From Candidatus Cloacimonadota bacterium (GTDB taxonomy: Bacteria > Cloacimonadota > Cloacimonadia > G963667145), in NCBI GenBank assembly GCA_963667255.1, contig OY762940.1, positions 480,001 through 544,000 on the forward strand: 64,000 nt of DNA, in the 5' to 3' direction. The notes under the pieces were generated by a model, which was not told where the DNA came from, did no database searches, and saw only the letters and a program-made list of their open reading frames with translations. Below, in pieces: positions 44,801 through 46,083 of the stretch; the stretch's first letter is position 1; every line of letters starts with the position of its first letter. The position numbers were made by a program, and so were the translations under genes.

Positions 44801-45049
44801 GGTATAGTAGGTAAACTTGAAAAACCGAACACTATTGCGAACTGCTTGTCCGTCAACAACTCAGTCACAAGCACAACCTATGCAGGGGGTATACTTGGGT
44901 ATGGAGCTTCTGGCATAGTAAGCAAATGCGTTACAGCCGGTGGATACATCACAGGTGGCAATGCCACAACCAGAGGATATATCGCCGGAGAAGCAAGTGC
45001 CTCTTCTAGTGGTAATTACTATTGGGAAGGTGTGATAGTCAAACCATAG
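11876..45049 (+). CDS. Giant (about 11,050 aa) surface lipoprotein: fibronectin type III-like repeat stalk plus C-terminal GLUG-type modules; putative adhesin
   Basis: Uninterrupted 33.2 kb ORF; AAGGAG RBS (start GTG 11876 or ATG 11879); signal peptide II ending LFVG-C. Repeats of about 100-110 aa with consensus P..V.A(S/T)KG.Y.D.I...W...Y.VYR...Y.D...G..Y.Y.V.A...DSG(W/Y) run to about nt 37,150, followed by Gly-rich VGGLVG/GxGT..PY/FDG.G..I modules. Confidence 0.92.
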   Translation: MMEACRNSRAVKRVLIALCMLMSLFVGCTTVVEESISSPVASATQAVYEDKIVIEWSKVSGVSEYEVYRSSTNSDNFSSDYKSIGSVTTTKYEDSYSSLCPGKAYYYKVRSVKGSTKSTPRSSPAVGWLKIPTLSNISVSKGTDTSKISLTWKVPDRIKTGAELGLSGYAVIYYSENSSDVTSGSTINITLASLKNSEGKEIKDNIKKGQVYYFRTQIFVVDEGTKSSEKTPLDSGWTKVSSPVNVYATKGEYSDKIIVTWDKVYGVSGYKLYSSTDGGSNYSNFAEAASGTTVFTNRSYSWTGASLGTEYRFKVTCVKDNDETGINSGIDSKDTSGVYNNLGYTKYEAPTIIGITTDSVDFVRVTVKTTKAPSSGEDLKVQLYRREQGATTIKELSNSVGTVVSSGGYGIDTLEDNTSSGLIPGKKYYYCAIVYRNSSGSQLGKSNYSTEQVGWCTISAPSSVSVTKGYDTLLVKWTKVINSQYYYVLRKEGINGSWSKLPIVTADTTLDQMSLIQTKYDIETGKVYYYKVRSKNDIESADSNSDSGWIKIATPSSFTSKGIYENYVELVWTAVTNAKEYILSRKIYGSSSAYVAIDTVSNVTTYQDTGLAQATQYLYQIQTVSNVRNSSGEYEKSDKLTISSTAKTALKVPVLDSVSSNLSDRINMYWKLVSGQTYKIYYMDVNGGWVNIGTSTDSTIILTPAGNSLVYGRVYTFAITTTKGDAWGESDKSNPLEGYMRLDSAYNLSATRDEYSDRINLTWKSVANTGATEYYVYRTTTTESANFTYLAKVDTNSSTEHSYSDQSSSLDGDAKYLYKVRTFRSDFNTKQPNDIRYSNVDTGWLMIQPPTFTRASIGTSSDTISLFFAKNSSGKYNIYYKTNSNGTATLFKTITDSVTKSLGSNNLQYNLGAYKTSTATSNVINVDTGQVLYFAMTTVGTSRESGKTPFKPGFTKLPTPTFNTGATKGSISKIDIGWNKITAGEDNISYQMIRTTTQNEDTTFSVSNNGTCTDISNLREGFKYTYRVQAINATAQTQAAATYGSSTDLSGTKSLWSDTTTGYSKLLPVNNFMATGPNGTSVEDKVTLTWTNKGARIYCSVLRSEQSTIKWDTIYSGLVNVGTYPDATAADNVLYYYKLRIASEDYPTIFATCDSVSGYVKPSPPKNVDASKAAYLSKIVVSWSKVGLASSYQICRYTESNDSVVLTKDISELTTTNDTVFFSDDQVEKGNYYTYKVRGILSDNSQTEYSDITTTYKKEKATGYTKIPAITNIVATDGKYEDSVIVTWDSLPVAETYLVQRSKVGGTSSSDTIQQTVTTNRLVDKKGGTFIDGKKYEYRVAAQKGTNLSNDWKALYDVGYLWLSGPTGVAATKDLQDTIVITWDFLTTVSDVTEYQVWEQAREDGATDTELKAGLSSTTKRWVYTVPTNDKGAILKFYVKAVSTAFGTSAKSAVASGYTRLDTITKFTASGSSTERSINLSWISSNNSDSTVLYRKSGSSWVNFATLPSNTISCKDTNLVVGKRYYYRAQAKRSDATTGTTIYSPYVYADTLLTIPTIAFDTITKGDYLSYVKLTWKGLASGDELRFQIFVYSNVTDYNSGNNVYDTLAVEENGKTYYEFKHSSVTASSGKFLTGTKYYYKIRTQTTSGGVWSSLTLPVTGKPYYGWTKTPSPTIKSVSKDSVGAIYLKWKANSSATKFQVFRNFTYPGKEETLNISVNDTALRDVEKLFTGHEYSYKIRAINESCENDTSEWTSSVIGIAKLLSPEDVSVTKGTVVDTIVVTWRMPKNISDQSYGATKYTVYKSETKDASSMSYVGDTTLKDWNSSNNSTVSFRDVLSSKELGKLYYYGLKAAVGAEVSGFSAFDSGWAKIPAPTFTAYTAQSGGYNLKSDSIRITWSDPCSLNNPSTTYELEYKIGDAVGITVSNIPAATKDTTWFVDTLNRYKKTTIRIRSKRSTFGESVWSEWIETYTAMPTPEIPKVITGLSTELKKVKINYVCPNDWVDTICFYRETAGSPNTSTLVYKIANAGVGKSSSFYDTTSVCLAVKYAYKVRFYKTITNFSSASDTVCITIPVLPPDNLVATQGTYEDKIILTWDGVQAGSGVTISYNVYVDSNSTAEFTNYANTTASTGLRITGNSSPTKNPEYEVPYGTTLPNNATEKWFNLVLGRNYTFAVTTNMTTAFVNSSSNLSSISSMTKGYARISRPKVISASKGTDEDIITVKWRASDAYKHDALVSYQIYRLNQETGVMDSSLVMKASDLTKNGDTLTLVQRSSANNLAEKVKYSYRIKALMTASGEVTTAHSSLISTDSVVGWLALSSPKNFTASDGLSADSIYLKWSNPSKLTTQVYACDSLVGLWNNQIITVVDSHYSVSTSNEKDQGVYKYYGAKFYHPVFGVSSVSSTCQDSGYALFSGITIKSISMGEYLDTIKIVWDTFRNATSYGVQYREKGSSVWNTKDDIIGNKYSISGINGVSRGILHYVRVRAANGIVNRSANEGYGTVDTGFTQLDSVGGFSATKGDLPDTIRLNWSRVLNAEYYSVYRSENNSNFILIDTTANLEYGDTTKNLTYGKTYYYKVLGVNNLTVNLAEKYKNYSPVDTGWMDIPAPQNVTATKGTYDNKVVISWTPINRVEGYVIDTARSNDENLYAKIDTVLPTSQDEYHVYVNEIPGGKLERGVRYFFKVRAFTSQRMNTIAKANQDNGYIALNAPENIQASKGTSADTITLSFKVSNNLNTLENYEIQRKSKSTGDTSDVSFDANTFNVSGGIITIYDVNSLQRSKGYIYTYRVKCKKGQIESGWSSWSDYGWINLTPLTITVANEQDSLMTDSIKISWNKGAQQFSQVNQLKIYYDTMSVPTNGWQSVLVLSKATELNKGYLMINTQENTNFLAGTMYYFRAKSCYYEDAIEISSAFSALDSGWYKLRAPTITYSSIGESADTITIRWNAQSDLPHSSISDMKYVVSRGSVSEYKVLSNNQTYFYDTTGVEEGVSFTYTVTAKHPKYLNSAASSSAIGYAKLIAPVLMGVTAGGDSITVKWAYSMSKLSSIDSFYLYRKESYSGAEGTPIGRIQVNTSKTTYSYSDKNCELGKDYYYYLRAYKSGLKLSDTSKVGVAALDLIAPSMYSVSRGAHTNKIVVEWTGTQYSEQYVLFRSTSATFGTKDTIDTVASLPTIYTDDNKGRGLTDGTVYYYKVVAKRGNHLSSESGYMGGYTKLLKPSIDSLSQNQEKVYLKWNKNGGNSSSARVMVGEDVQVATIKDSASLLVDSTTDLVGYFSNSNAWFVKGKEYYAKVKTYTRETRVMKSGGSSETIEIVSDYSEVKKFFTNISTPSLTVTSGKLDTLLIQWNRIDADVVSDITVQWTEKGFGSSTDTMTTNIVNNGNDSIGNIKVAYSGEATLQPGVKYTFRIMFKRGAITSAWSDEKKGWTKLPAPTNFSASKGDYDDSIRFTWNNYRENTDTLKDNTYQYVIYYYDGSNYQAMTGGTITDKKKFYGITLPMDGIVTRGVMTKFRIKGETNPALEISSQSTNLSSDSGHTRLMIPISGGTATDDLENQIKISWNALISSASDISAYKNLKVVYQLERRKSGDAFMGNTLASIDSLQQESYTDTKSLDPRYVYYYRVRFYSEVYFDRYSNSSKSSSPWYVIADSGSIAINPPTIKAHEDGAFYTDRVELDVQRSVGSDSAYLYREENSSGTFTLIDTIVFSDGVTGQGAYLYYKDSLRIVPGSCYSYYAIALNGARKSDKGAEFKSYTKLKAPASLSVSDGLYDDRVIAKWDTVSRAEGYCIWVYKEGNETTVVDSVEIGNQDSTINLVKGTILKNIVIGQIYTFKIGAWNNTAIYNSRKIYSDKTSDDGYLRFTLPSYVTLSQDSTDFVKLQIGYTSSGFSLYVFRSADSSVVKGTQSNWGEYKKISVSTDYDSTKNEYICKDVLSSTSGIAGVRYAYMVQIYKSGMVKAISDTFKTYLKNETGKKYGWGKAGVYDGTDGAIEASQGISEDSIVVTWSHPSERKYVNSVRYEWVEYDVSTGLAQDSAVVSDTFVIRSAQSKDVGQPVKNGYKYKYRIRKKFYDENGALYTTSGLSINSGTGWANLEKPSIKLTVTSDGDFVISQQKNNNINAFRVYKNINGGENSSEIEVAAGGYYIDSVIYNKYNIGKKVKYTIRTINKTFDLESALSDPVDTFYMLYSPKYVKASQSDYTDKIVLKWHWGTARTALVDSFVVDRYNLSTGAKEKQYKFSGSYDSKLSYSGSGVIGTDTCSYEDNADIKQGVSYLYSVKSLRANPSGIRISTDSGSGTGHAKFSAPTNVSATDNKSDVVLKWDSIRNQGTVTNFFIFYSPTQNGSYSKLTKTGSVAKPNDTTFTDDEIPQGTIRWYKVAAFNSVSDTGVKSVAVRGYALMDPMAGVTCWKGVNADTIKVTWTKLSVYQSYYIEWSISKELGSDGRFVSRLGNVGAYENSTYSKDSLFIPISADSLRGRKIYIKLWAQNQYGGSEPVLDSGYTKLKPPSSFSVSKGTTLDSIKVSFSPRTGTNAASYNVYLSTTKSKSTSANAEIAITGYKGHDTTIAVESNKKGHYYYGSVQAVSGLDNASSELSVDSGYSRIPIVAGIYLDSLTSGDIAVSWTPVAIGGDSVNYNIYRSANDGNFIQIASGYYATLTSGKIKYTDSECIPGDKCTYYLVSKAWQRPNTNAREVILSDTSAHASTYAQIGMVSNFMQDSTAYSDSKVNLMWKQRGDIDTYYIYRSSFVDRDNAKEIIVAVTDGNYYYSDGSDSISTQSGMLWHYWIRARKNSNFGIWTPNTTEGLLAYTKPRKTTIVSASQGVSSDTIRVVWNKINYVSNYVLQYRVENAATWSNITGIEDTFYTLRRSAQNLQDGVKYDFRVYSVINIGAPSPRGGSNSYYGKKVVSDTSEILKGFVKFEKVSNFYFQNSPDSIKSDTIKLYWNKITASGIIYRIYRNTASDATTASEIVALTDTNVYYDVKGSGETHPQGGKRYYYWITAEKNSLSGTKSEQQAVTIISGTTVGTEHFAWCLLDAPKNGWASGKMKANGEDNNPDQTYSDSIVIKWEKVQNATAYCIQQKKDTTGTIFGNMTGATNITDTQFVWNRSTDNQKGYKYKFRVTAKNDLCGSSNPVYSTEFTGFAKLSAPRQVTAFQKDNQTGIYLSWAHIEGATKYIVYQTENLSAGFSKLYEVSNKGGAVVTIDTSDLTMYPGTRRWYLIRAFNSATGGSDSSTIVDTVCPILPPESLSATKGTSTSGITITWALNDRTKGVDGFYIYRVSPGAASGAGFTVSDTVGKVTSFNQSNGQASFTDQLGASVKGGTDTTRSGVKYLYAIRTYKGDVYSDYTPVSSRDTGWIALPTVTGLTVPVIKAGESFALKWNDSKNIYKDVSYVFKRIKYKKGNFDTTYQYQYDGVITSDTFAIDNSNLENGMVYQYFVKAFNSSYVNYNTESAKVWAESGISSHRGMISTNWSDVSFTGRKFATPTINVLKNGDSLRVDSIYVRWAENSNATSFLFQIDTISTFGSPLLVNKEVANTNRTMDSLYYTLNSGLYKTQDYFFRMKIKNQEYTDAIWDSLTSEWSTADSGWSKLIPPMGISASRTITDSIRVSWTGWSWKNPVTYLVKYVDANSQPGDVSTAKDSVRYRSEFSKGENSITVTTTNSKYGNSNPSAVVKGIGKQPAPQYVSGQRPSQGTYLDSICFEIDEASQNISSQVVNYKIYISDDKNSDAISSDDPDKGEFITSDTDVVRLKLNKGFYSSQYGTKLYIRVSWAVGQGATIYSEKSVIDSGWTKLQAPTNLRKKTLDSPQNTYATGIIWASSANSDSTVIWRRYPNTVGDQYVAIDTVSSSVNYYVDSLPIANRTKTYQYAVQAVNQLDNSESALSTGFSTFVSSIYNISNFTATKGTKADTIVFSWTGNLDSTFVIQVDTVNPVNSVSPNAAIRNLKASDGKKWQLSDNNCQSGRWYYFKIYLEGDENIATNPTYFVTDSGYAKMGEINRAWITVKNDTSLISLNIKGSNVGDSAYSEFDASSALSNTWISKVYLKKYNIQTDLYSSLGTMTSSSSVYRDTIRSNFGSIYKYRLEFVNRIEPGKTLDFSTFTTLRKPSAVEWKPSTLATKNIQIGVTSPGTNGTIDSILLYRVAPNKLSENDTIIVAYQTGLNPNTITDTTGLIQGLFYTYTAAYYNSTTGLSRVSTSKTKAYAKLEAPQFIFVGNGVSKDTISLVWNKIDGAVNGYFLCRDTSVAGDFSSYDTVYIASDSKDTTYPDLTAYEQCKKVYYRVVARGYDTTSVLTECNVGAGSRAYRGVNDLVGINMPQKTVTAFQFTIPSSVTLDDTYETTNFKKGIKLMRYDLVDSINSVDNRFIVPPASVNITRLNNTYTIKDNSAPKLKNLYFYKVILKVSGSGSVTDPSNMAKGWLAPPAVESVVATSGKLDTVIVTWNKIAKSTIENDTVNSYIIARCGSDKSLIEKVEVKGSDSLFYDYSGNIFNNEFQPGKDYKYYVLAKVTIKEDTVATTDVKNCEITMTSDTSNIASGWAEMKPLGNAKITVDTGDIRGISKTYPSVTKTDTTLVFSVDMSAKEYQKYSIAYRKLYGSANQFDSVGYIVGQNITVFRDTITKAGQILHYRFRLGNDHLSENYTDTLAYTKLRPAAAIEKSATEKSYVKIKVTLPANNASVDSILVLKSTTAGVAQDTIIYAGTSASFILLTDSTGVQGKKYIYKAALYNNSTGYSPFGDAVDTLGKEISAPTILDVSKGRYEDTIKITWSMVAGATRGYMVLRDSTGSDGSNDNSYDTLYQTEEKPLVSSETDTIYSDYTVYPAGKKIYYKIVSKGADKVSSRSSSDYGFLKYGGVKDLKVIGWSANPKTDTMKITWSIPSAIAWDSIYVSRLMDVDSANIYDTLAAHRIPQAELASYLTSATNGDYKNYTYVSTSTDLLIGQLYFYRVRVKSSGFLSTPSNIGIGYLNMPKVTGVTATKAIGDSIVISWTKISRAKNDSVDFYRVHRYDAIANETKTKEVSGGKSQLTDYAISEKSPYSSTEKGKNYSYFVVGVKNISQDTVVGSVSRKFVTTLTGANSDTAVGYSNPDTATIVSVSKGTVADSITIKYLSPNYVDKVELYRRGSGEISWGSSAYSTLVAGKVVEEGEKNDRSIEYGRIYYYKIVSTKGDYSNTSLIDSGWSLLKSPDSIKILYNGVYSDKIRLQVFSSNSDAYVDSLVIIKYAATSGQRDTVKIAKTSMNSNSYVVVDSHNINQGVFYQYRVAFSNSLGVSAYTKAASSKAFAKMSAPTWVSISRNEYVDSIKLVWNKINSAYKGYRVYRDSVLGSNGATITNYAKIFANSEVANCSGDTAYADNYTYSPGQSIYYTIQAVGYDTVSERSESNYGTCKYEGVKDLQFIGPKLDSIYFKWTVATTVAGPTFTFYKYDSIGRTDSITNTYKTNISSYGSNGNYHISETPASSSLLIGNLYFYRCVVTSSGAVSNPSNVAFGYLSMPKISGLDASEGGEYLTQGVFTNYKDSIKITWKRVSHVVNDSVSYYIITRYTDTSKIARQYKLGNGKDTSFTDIVGTSFFDEQTEKGQTYRYTVQAAYTISEDTTKESGYSPFITDLLSPAGDTVVGYTYPDSVKMVSASQGTYVDSIKISYTSGLYADSIVLQRMGSNNLWSRVGLLNTMVSRNTAASFMDKSDALVAGKTYSYRAKVHLKNLVRISDTIVGYSKIGPPKNVRFVRKSQYAYTEGKEDTLGINVMWSPESDGDGYVVYFDTASTVRANGYVDSLKLDGTYDTTCFWQPREFRNSHDSILKYYFAVKTYMKQNDGTRKYSDFSDQASGAVVSQSVMGLEAVYNSTVGIKKISVAWDSLPLRYKTSEVQRYCIYQAKNSKLEINFKLVASQETQDARSINIDTSKTPVGSIYFYKVRVQYNNAKDSSVYSPMTSGVYPPLGILNLEASKDSSSQYLWFNVIPGITSYKIYRASDTIPIEQNPVATLDSSSAIALATNGRAKWTDNSVQKGKIYYYAVVISKNINVDGDSSYALNTKEGFDVSSAVYGYVNCDFKTIDFDFCKDGISIFWPNNTQNFPVGVSPEAYNLKRKGANETSYGQKEVTNYIVKTRIGSTMDSLYMVQDSGAKFFTALLSGSKYDYQLIATKKSKIPGNVMTLKSPIMRMSYDYNWKYDSTSTNANYKGTQGSYDDRVELRFNKFKPFRPVGDYDSTGITPDTASYYKITRYKGGEAIYNGILDTLYVCDFAPEVDGTTGDTIYVLTDKKIGSRFGTNLSEGVSYYYAVQAVLDYSGESVFRSGIVDGIASKCFLKLKSVTLKSVSSYVVDSIIVGAKVIWDPGDQKGDKYIIGRDTSSNFSSGSEMVVQNTAICQDTLPNGEIVKGDTMFIDYNIAKNNSESKESPFGILRMGMTYFYRVAKEMNGSVCSDWSAPISYTYGKDAAGNYIISSWVDFNDLAEQYNSGLITGNISVILNNNISFTSTDSLIPLGNATHPFTGKFNGKGNTISIEHMKDNVDNVGVFGMVNGATIRNIKVINKAIVSPAKGGAKYVGGLIGQMDGITNVDSINIQVHGSLTASIGVGGLIGGGDGSLNAYYDTVVATADLVGGVYAGGLVGKAINPTEIGYCDVTATNITGSGGTETFVYAGGMVGQFNGKMVSSKVSGATSVSAVASGKTCYAGGLVGYEVVIGSRYNKSTVGTITSGVAAGSSSIPALAASAGYLIGYSKALLIDSVSMSTVMGVTADATGEACAGGLVGKFDNVSGSIKKVNLTLAGNITATSTTGDSYTGMMVGRVVKISSNSIGTASATSTLDGDGKAIKGVAPSGVAHIGGVVGGISSTSFKSLSVSNIVFNASAKRAYVGGVAGKEEEIGSVYDSIDVAPTVVFAENLAGADTLCVGGLAGSSRMTSLEKVHVKANMNLVTGFSGHSVTLGGLCGEVNYTALELKNIDLSLSTFKAQVGKNSKIGSVAGEANIGKTTIDENTIKDINFSGFKVGEGSYVGGLYGIVSVVASAVLDYKSSITMVIEATRASEKSYIGGLFGKYSSPVPSTVIDTFSDISITLTGGGATVGGLVGWGENAQLKECRVKTTISGVQKSGFILGGMVGKMTGTSSLRNSSVRKIVLTGADKAGALVGEMSVDAAEGLKYSFSYDISTNDVDTLGLMIGEMSSGQINACYTIGCTAARADSTIGNFVGMMRGGTIYNSYSAKANQEKIYGKYTAGDVSGAIIAENEILMGEKILGKTEWALDSTFSYPYLVDNKFEVPVSEMCNSLKMEINSQGYYQITKPIQLDAIGDVRLTTGTDYTKVSSMSDGLNLNNKYIISKDLDFTGYTGYTPLGYYDKSIAFTGEINGNYKKIKGIEVSTGLSSARGIFSYIDGGSVSKVRVVNAKVTGSKNSGVICGVLKSGTISQVVVDSSTVENTAGSGAVLVGSITGGSVRDVLTRYNSLTSLTDAGVVAGGMTGGSVAMVFSSVDSIVAQTGNVGGLAGTVSTGAKIDSCVSVATWLGGSSIYKVAKKDGGTLSANYTTAETRLVTTTDTSWIIGVDSAGTHGSNVFFRGFTTFFEENYHGFNTAPWKFEVGDRNCPYLLNFDNVTTLQMAENDLEGAAKIGNNVMEIGRLAALALVQGYINQVDTFRLTANLTFGSNDDYSSNSGNFDPIPTLDNKIFDGAGHYIKNMSINATESQGGFITRLDNSTVKNLALVNCTVTGGSSTLSIGGIAGIIISGTIEDVYVGSSTVDGSRGAIYVGGIVGRLNSSATIQYSIALDNVIKSKDAAGGVAGSVANTGILKYCVSSMDSVVTPNKNSRRIGTNQSSDMSNNYAWNGNTINSSQDVGPTGLEGSSFAFSSICKSSFYNSLTARPAWIWDWTSAASDTWCCMPRLNYMSATECSPKVVRFADNSDGSLSTPFKIEKVQQLDAIHLFATKGKYFKLMKNLNFDTEGFDCDDTTGNSNWIPIETFVGDIAGNGYSISGMDIVSTDDAGFIVKTLAGSNTTIRDLSFYDCNVTTTGSSKNAAVVICQYENSQNSTLKNILVKGCKVVATNYAAPVVAYNNGPIKNNYLFSFNNKVISSGTYAGGVVGYASTLGLTNSVAINDTLKAVTTIGRIYGASSNGTKANNYGFRRTYYKVGTANPTQRLNSGIASDIDGTPTSMLAFNKGFYTEKLGLSYGEDWKWPSAEKAAHPVGLNVTPEIDSGIIDWAPYGITTDPRTFASGDGTKSAPFFVMTETDLKNMQYGVELFYKLGANITLSATPWTPIGIDSLPFQGSFDGQYHSISGMIQSATSTLGATGLFGRIKAKDQGCEIKNLAICNSTINGATYVGVLGGYDETEQIRKYKYSNILSHNNKVSGTNYVAGLIGKSDYGNLSRIFVAGGSVVASSGNAGGILASTNGSTIDSSVVIVDSIVSKTTTAGRIIGSSSGATINNCYGWYFTNVKSNNSLYDPMNSLLARDGKNAFLSDFVSTAWWINRGFDLTSGNVWKYGTDRLIKMKVGPAFVHMTSDTISTARVNLPVNSSGYKIVSEPYNLNVIRTYPSFNYTFLNGTTDTAVLDMSDTTKWYKDLNGSVAGNWTPIDTFSMEIEGGYGAIIGLRVPATSTKQGFIATLKGGKVRNLGIYKSTFTGNSSTTVQGALAGEITGSATLQNIFINGNTFNGATNASVGGVAGTVASGANINTIVATKNHIYAASKAGGVFGTNAATGITKVAGLGNKVFVTNSKPIVYENTGGSFTKTYTDTGSTVLGAEPNSDYVRPTTTCPSGAKIIITMHYLENSTFWTHSDSMNITLDDKAIRNVSERHYPTLMQVSLDIDDGFLIPFMGKGTMADPYTVFNSITLKYVGHKKFVGKGHYFRQTANIDMSKTDNFWPIGLKDANNSFNKEVDGFAGVYDGDGYTIYGLHNAIGSQTQSYCGLFEKTQGSGLAEIPSGDIDTLKNIVLDSATIVAKSCAGGILGWGKDNVSVHDCKVNNSSIISTSGIAGGIVGKLEKPNTIANCLSVNNSVTSTTYAGGILGYGASGIVSKCVTAGGYITGGNATTRGYIAGEASASSSGNYYWEGVIVKP

Positions 45050-45087
45050 ACAGAAAAAGTAAGATTCTGCATTAAACTTATAAAATT

Positions 45088-45119
45088 GCGGCTCAAGTGA
45101 AAATTTGAGTCGCTTTTTT
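45088..45119 (+). terminator. Intrinsic terminator after giant gene 1
   Basis: GCGGCTCAA-GTGAAAAT-TTGAGTCGC-TTTTTT. Confidence 0.8.
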
Positions 45120-45207
45120 ATCTTGTGGAAAATATACCGAAAGAAGTCATATGTTGCTAATCAAGCAATTGTTTATTTTTTGTGTGGGAGTTCCCAATCC
45201 TCTCCCG

Positions 45208-45625
45208 ACTGGATACCCGCATTTCATCCACATCCCCGCATTTTCCTCTCATCCTCGCACCTCACCCACATCCCCGCGAAAGCGGGAATCCACAGGGCAG
45301 GGTTGGTCAGGGACATACAGATGGAGAGTGGACTGGGACATTGTTCTCGCTCCCAAGCTCCAGTTTGTGCTTCTTGCTGTTCTTTGTTTTCTTGCTTGTT
45401 CTCTCCCCTCATACTCACGGAAGTGGGTATCCATTCTCCTTTTCGTTACTCGCTCTCAATCTCCAGCCAAACACAGTTTCATTATGCTTGATAGACTTAG
45501 GAACGAGATTGTTTTTCCCATTATTAACAGAGGCTCAAGCAACTGCACAATAGGGGTTGGATGGAGACATCAGCACTTGCCTCCTTTCTCGTTCCCGCGG
45601 AAGCGGAAATCCAGTTAGGTTGGGG
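45208..45625. repeat. Mosaic cluster of family A and family B REP-like palindromes
   Basis: Family A at 45269-45292, 45408-45433, 45588-45613 and a partial inverted copy near 45210; degenerate family B at 45346-45367, 45449-45467 and an inverted end near 45494-45507. Confidence 0.7.
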
Positions 45626-45858
45626 AGGGAAAAACCCACAAAATCGTAAATACCCCCATCAATATAAAAATCAAATAGATAAAAAAATATGTAAAAAAAT
45701 AGCGATTTTTACAAAAATTTGTATCTTATTGAAACATCAAGAGTAATAAATTTTCAAAATTGTAACAAAATAATTTTTTTCAGTATGATAACTTTAGGCA
45801 AATAGTTTATAACTCCCTAAATAGTGTTATCTTCCTGGTGTATAGTCGTTTATAACTC

Positions 45859-46020
45859 GTGGATAAACTGTGAAAAAAATCTTTTGCTTTTTGCGTATCT
45901 TATTGATGTTTATAGTGTTGTTGGATTTGCTCAAAAAAGGACAAAATTTATTGACAAACTCCGTTACTGTTAACAATTTACTATTAATGGGCGTGTAGTA
46001 TGTACGCATCAGAAATTGGA
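45859..46020 (+). promoter_or_regulatory. Putative promoter/leader of giant gene 2
   Basis: TTGACA 45951-45956 with CAATTT 17 nt later; same motif order as upstream of giant gene 1. Confidence 0.45.
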
Positions 46021-46083
46021 AAAAAATATAGGTGCAAAATCAATTGGTTGTAGTAGCCCGAGAGGGAATTAGGAGAATGTATA

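Noticed and set aside
12718..44874. Many minus-strand and alternate-frame ORFs inside giant gene 1 (for example 36800-37822, 43010-43918)
   Set aside because: Shadow ORFs of a long biased-codon gene; no recognisable motifs in the translations.
45208..45625. Possible CRISPR array
   Set aside because: Repeats are degenerate, of two families, in mixed orientation and irregularly spaced; no cas genes in the window.
45858..45866. DnaA-box-like CGTGGATAA suggesting a replication origin
   Set aside because: Single imperfect box with no cluster and no dnaA/dnaN context; better explained as part of the shared upstream element.
45105..46009. Overlapping small ORFs between the giant genes
   Set aside because: They are translations of REP-like repeats (for example IPAKAGI, DSRFRG) or of AT-rich promoter DNA.
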